Virus record (IMG/VR): IMGVR_UViG_3300012878_000051
Location: 1 to 26,632 of that record
DNA from: a virus
Taxonomy: Duplodnaviria > Caudoviricetes
Strand: one strand, 5' to 3'
Length of the DNA stretch: 26,632 nt
The position numbers and the translations under genes are program-made. Position 1 is the first letter of the stretch. The number at the start of each line of letters is the position of its first letter. A model generated the notes under the pieces. The model saw only the letters and a list, made by a program, of their open reading frames with translations. It was not told where the DNA came from and searched no databases. Positions 24,308 to 26,632 of this stretch are shown one piece after another.

Positions 24308-25183
24308 ATGGACACGCGCAACCCAGCTCGCGTCCCAAGAAGTAACCATCCACATTGCCGGCTTGCTGCACCTTCGGACGAAAAGATGAATAAGGGACTG
24401 GAGACGACCGCCTTGGCTGCCCGTGCGGCGCGCCAAGTGGGACATACGCAAATCGCCAACGAGCTGCTGGAAGCGATTACCCGGCATCCTTTCAAGCAGA
24501 CCGCGCTGCGCGTGCTGCTGGCGCTAGTTCGCAAGACGGTCGGCTTCAACAAGCAAGAGGATGACCTGTCCGCGTCGCAATTGGGGGCGTTGCTGGGAAC
24601 CATGAGACGGCAGCACATCACCTCGGTACTGAACGAGCTCGCGGCGATGCGCGTCATACACAAGCGGCCAGGGCGCTACGGCTCGGTCGTAGGAATCAAT
24701 AAAGACTATTCGCAATGGCTGGCGCGTCCGGATTGCGGGCGGGCAAATGAAGACCGGTCGATGGGGGCCCCGAGATCAGCCGAAGCGGGCGGGGTTGCCC
24801 TGCAGGACGCCGAACTTGCCTTGTGGCCATCAGACCATAGCGGCCTGGCGTCCGCCGTCAGTACGCTGCCGTTGATGGATGGATCGGAGCATGCCGCGCG
24901 GGTAGATCAAGTTGCGCAATGGAGCGCCGCTTTTCCTGACGTCGATGTGGCGGCCGAGTTGCGGCGGATGCGGGTCTGGCTGGATGCCAACAAGGCTTTG
25001 CGCAAGACGAGTCGAGGAATCGACCGGTTCATTGTCAGCTGGCTGGGGCGCGCGCAACGCGACACGGCCAAGCCCCAGTACGTTCGCCCCAACCGGGAAG
25101 GGAATCCGCAAAGAGGACAGATTCATGGAAATTTCAATGAGCAAGACTACCGTGCCGGGATTTCGGAAGATGGCCGGTTTTAG
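24308..25183 (+). CDS. Phage replication initiator, lambda O-like N-terminal domain, up to 291 aa
   Basis: GHTQIANELLEA...RVLLALVRKT.GFNK..D...SQL...GINKDYSQW matches the O-type N-domain. C-terminal FPDVDV..EL..M..WL.AN...RKT..G..RFI.SWL domain is seen in phage initiators. Start uncertain (24308 or 24386). Confidence 0.82.
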   Translation: MDTRNPARVPRSNHPHCRLAAPSDEKMNKGLETTALAARAARQVGHTQIANELLEAITRHPFKQTALRVLLALVRKTVGFNKQEDDLSASQLGALLGTMRRQHITSVLNELAAMRVIHKRPGRYGSVVGINKDYSQWLARPDCGRANEDRSMGAPRSAEAGGVALQDAELALWPSDHSGLASAVSTLPLMDGSEHAARVDQVAQWSAAFPDVDVAAELRRMRVWLDANKALRKTSRGIDRFIVSWLGRAQRDTAKPQYVRPNREGNPQRGQIHGNFNEQDYRAGISEDGRF

Positions 25184-25904
25184 TCTCGAAACTCACGTGC
25201 GGCAGTGCAGCGTCCACGGTGAGTATCAGGCGCTGCAAACCCCGGTGGGGCTGTCTGAGTGTCCGCAATGCAACGCCCGCCGCCAGCAGGCCGCGCTGTT
25301 GCGGCAAGAGGCCCAGGCCTTCGAGCTTGCCCAACTGCGGCGTGCGGCGATTCCCGAACGGTTCTCGGATCGCCATATCGACACGTTCCATGCCACGAAC
25401 CCGCGCGCTCAGGCTGCGCAAGACCTGGTGCGCACCTACGCCAGCGAATTTGCCGATGTCCGCAGGACTGGCCGCGGCATCATTTTGTGCGGCGGTGTCG
25501 GCACGGGCAAGACGCATTTGGCCGTTGGGGTGATCCGCCACGTGACGGCGGCGGGATTCACCGCGTTGTACGCGGTGCTGTTGGATTCCTTCCGCTCGAT
25601 CAAAGACACGTATCGCAAGGATTCTTCGGTGACGGAGACTGCCGCCATGGCTCGCCTGACCGCGCCAGACCTGCTGGTGTTGGACGAGATAGGCGTCCAG
25701 CACGGCACTGACACCGAACGCATGCTGATGTTCAGCATTCTCAACGAGCGATACAACCAGATGAAGCCCACGATCTTGATCAGCAATCTGGCTCGGGAGC
25801 CGTTGGAGAAATACCTGGGCGAACGCGCATTCGACCGCATGCGGGAGGGCGGCGGCCGCATGGTCGTCTTCGATTGGGAAAGCTACCGGGGGACTCAGGC
25901 GTGA
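25170..25904 (+). CDS. DnaC/IstB-like AAA+ helicase loader, ~244 aa
   Basis: N-terminal C..H...CPQC, IPERF, Walker A GGVGTGKT, Walker B LLVLDE, ISNL, DRM and FDWESYR motifs; overlaps the initiator gene. Confidence 0.9.
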   Translation: MAGFSLETHVRQCSVHGEYQALQTPVGLSECPQCNARRQQAALLRQEAQAFELAQLRRAAIPERFSDRHIDTFHATNPRAQAAQDLVRTYASEFADVRRTGRGIILCGGVGTGKTHLAVGVIRHVTAAGFTALYAVLLDSFRSIKDTYRKDSSVTETAAMARLTAPDLLVLDEIGVQHGTDTERMLMFSILNERYNQMKPTILISNLAREPLEKYLGERAFDRMREGGGRMVVFDWESYRGTQA

Positions 25905-25984
25905 ATGGCACCTTGTCTTACTTCAATGTGATAGCCGATGCGGAGTTTGGCCGCGAGACAGACACTCTTTTGGGGAATAGAACG

Positions 25985-26632
25985 ATGTCAGCATCAAGCA
26001 CGATTCATCCGCAGGCCGAGCCTCGCACGCCGTTGGAACCGGAGCCGCTATTCAGTTCGGCACACGCCGCGCTGATGTTCGCGTACAACCATCACAACCA
26101 GATCTATGACCGGCCGCTACTGGCGCGCCTCGCGCAGCGGACGTCGCCGGGAAAAAGCAAGGGGCTGGGGGGCGTGGACGGCGCTGCGCAGGCGGGCATT
26201 ATCCTGGCTGCGGTGCAGAAACTTCCCCGGCTGTATCAGGCAATCGTTGTAGCGCGCTTTTCCCCGCGCACCGATCAGTGCAAGTGCTGCCACGGGGCGG
26301 TAGACCGGCAAGAATGGATGGCTGCCATTCGCGAAATTTCCGATGCGGCTGCCAGCGATGCGCTGTCGGCGCACCCCACAGCACGGATACTGCGTGACGC
26401 CATCGTCGCCCGCTATTTCGGTAAGGACTTGCTGTTGGCCGACGCCGCGAATCGCGCGGGCGTCAGTGTGTCGACCGCGACGAACCATAACGGCAAAATC
26501 AAGTTGTGGCTCCACGGCACGCGAACGACCAAGGAGAAAGATGGCGGCCGGGGGCCGGGCAGCAAGGGGGTGGAGGCGCTGGCCATGGAGTACATCTCGG
26601 ACGTTCTGACCGCCAAAGGCTTATGCCCGTGA
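25985..26632 (+). CDS. Putative late-gene regulator (Q-like antiterminator / DNA-binding protein), ~215 aa
   Basis: Position after the replication genes, CKCC motif, and C-terminal HTH-like LADAANRAGVSVSTA. The function is inferred. Confidence 0.5.
   Translation: MSASSTIHPQAEPRTPLEPEPLFSSAHAALMFAYNHHNQIYDRPLLARLAQRTSPGKSKGLGGVDGAAQAGIILAAVQKLPRLYQAIVVARFSPRTDQCKCCHGAVDRQEWMAAIREISDAAASDALSAHPTARILRDAIVARYFGKDLLLADAANRAGVSVSTATNHNGKIKLWLHGTRTTKEKDGGRGPGSKGVEALAMEYISDVLTAKGLCP

Larger units (their letters stand above)
1910..26632. mobile_element. Headless phage-derived element: F-type tailocin-like (siphovirus tail) locus with lysis, regulation and replication genes
   Basis: Lambda-order tail genes, lysis cassette, S24 repressor, O/DnaC and Q-like genes. 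No head, packaging or integrase gene in the window. The right boundary may lie beyond the window. Confidence 0.8.

Noticed and set aside
25170-25904. IS21 IstB helper of an insertion sequence
   Set aside because: No IstA transposase or terminal inverted repeats; it is coupled to a phage initiator, so DnaC-like loader fits better.

Overview
High-GC betaproteobacterial chromosome, probably Achromobacter/Bordetella-like (a guess from composition and protein style). It starts with a cardiolipin synthase gene (minus strand) and tRNA-His(GTG). A ~25 kb phage-derived locus follows. It encodes a complete, apparently intact lambda-like non-contractile tail: terminator-like protein, tube, G/GT chaperones with a -1 slippery site, tape measure, M, L, K, I and a ~2020-aa J with two small downstream genes. 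It also carries two diverged copies of a three-gene putative side-fibre module, a lysis cassette, a CI/PrtR-type S24 repressor with three operators, a lambda O-like initiator, a DnaC-like loader and a probable Q-like late regulator. No capsid, portal, terminase, integrase or cro gene is visible, so the best reading is a domesticated F-type tailocin-like element. The most unusual feature is that a lambda-type origin (three dyad iterons plus an A-rich tract) sits in non-coding DNA at ~1910-2007, about 22.7 kb from where it would normally lie inside the O-like gene, which retains only one degenerate iteron. This suggests a headless tail system that amplifies itself in place on induction.
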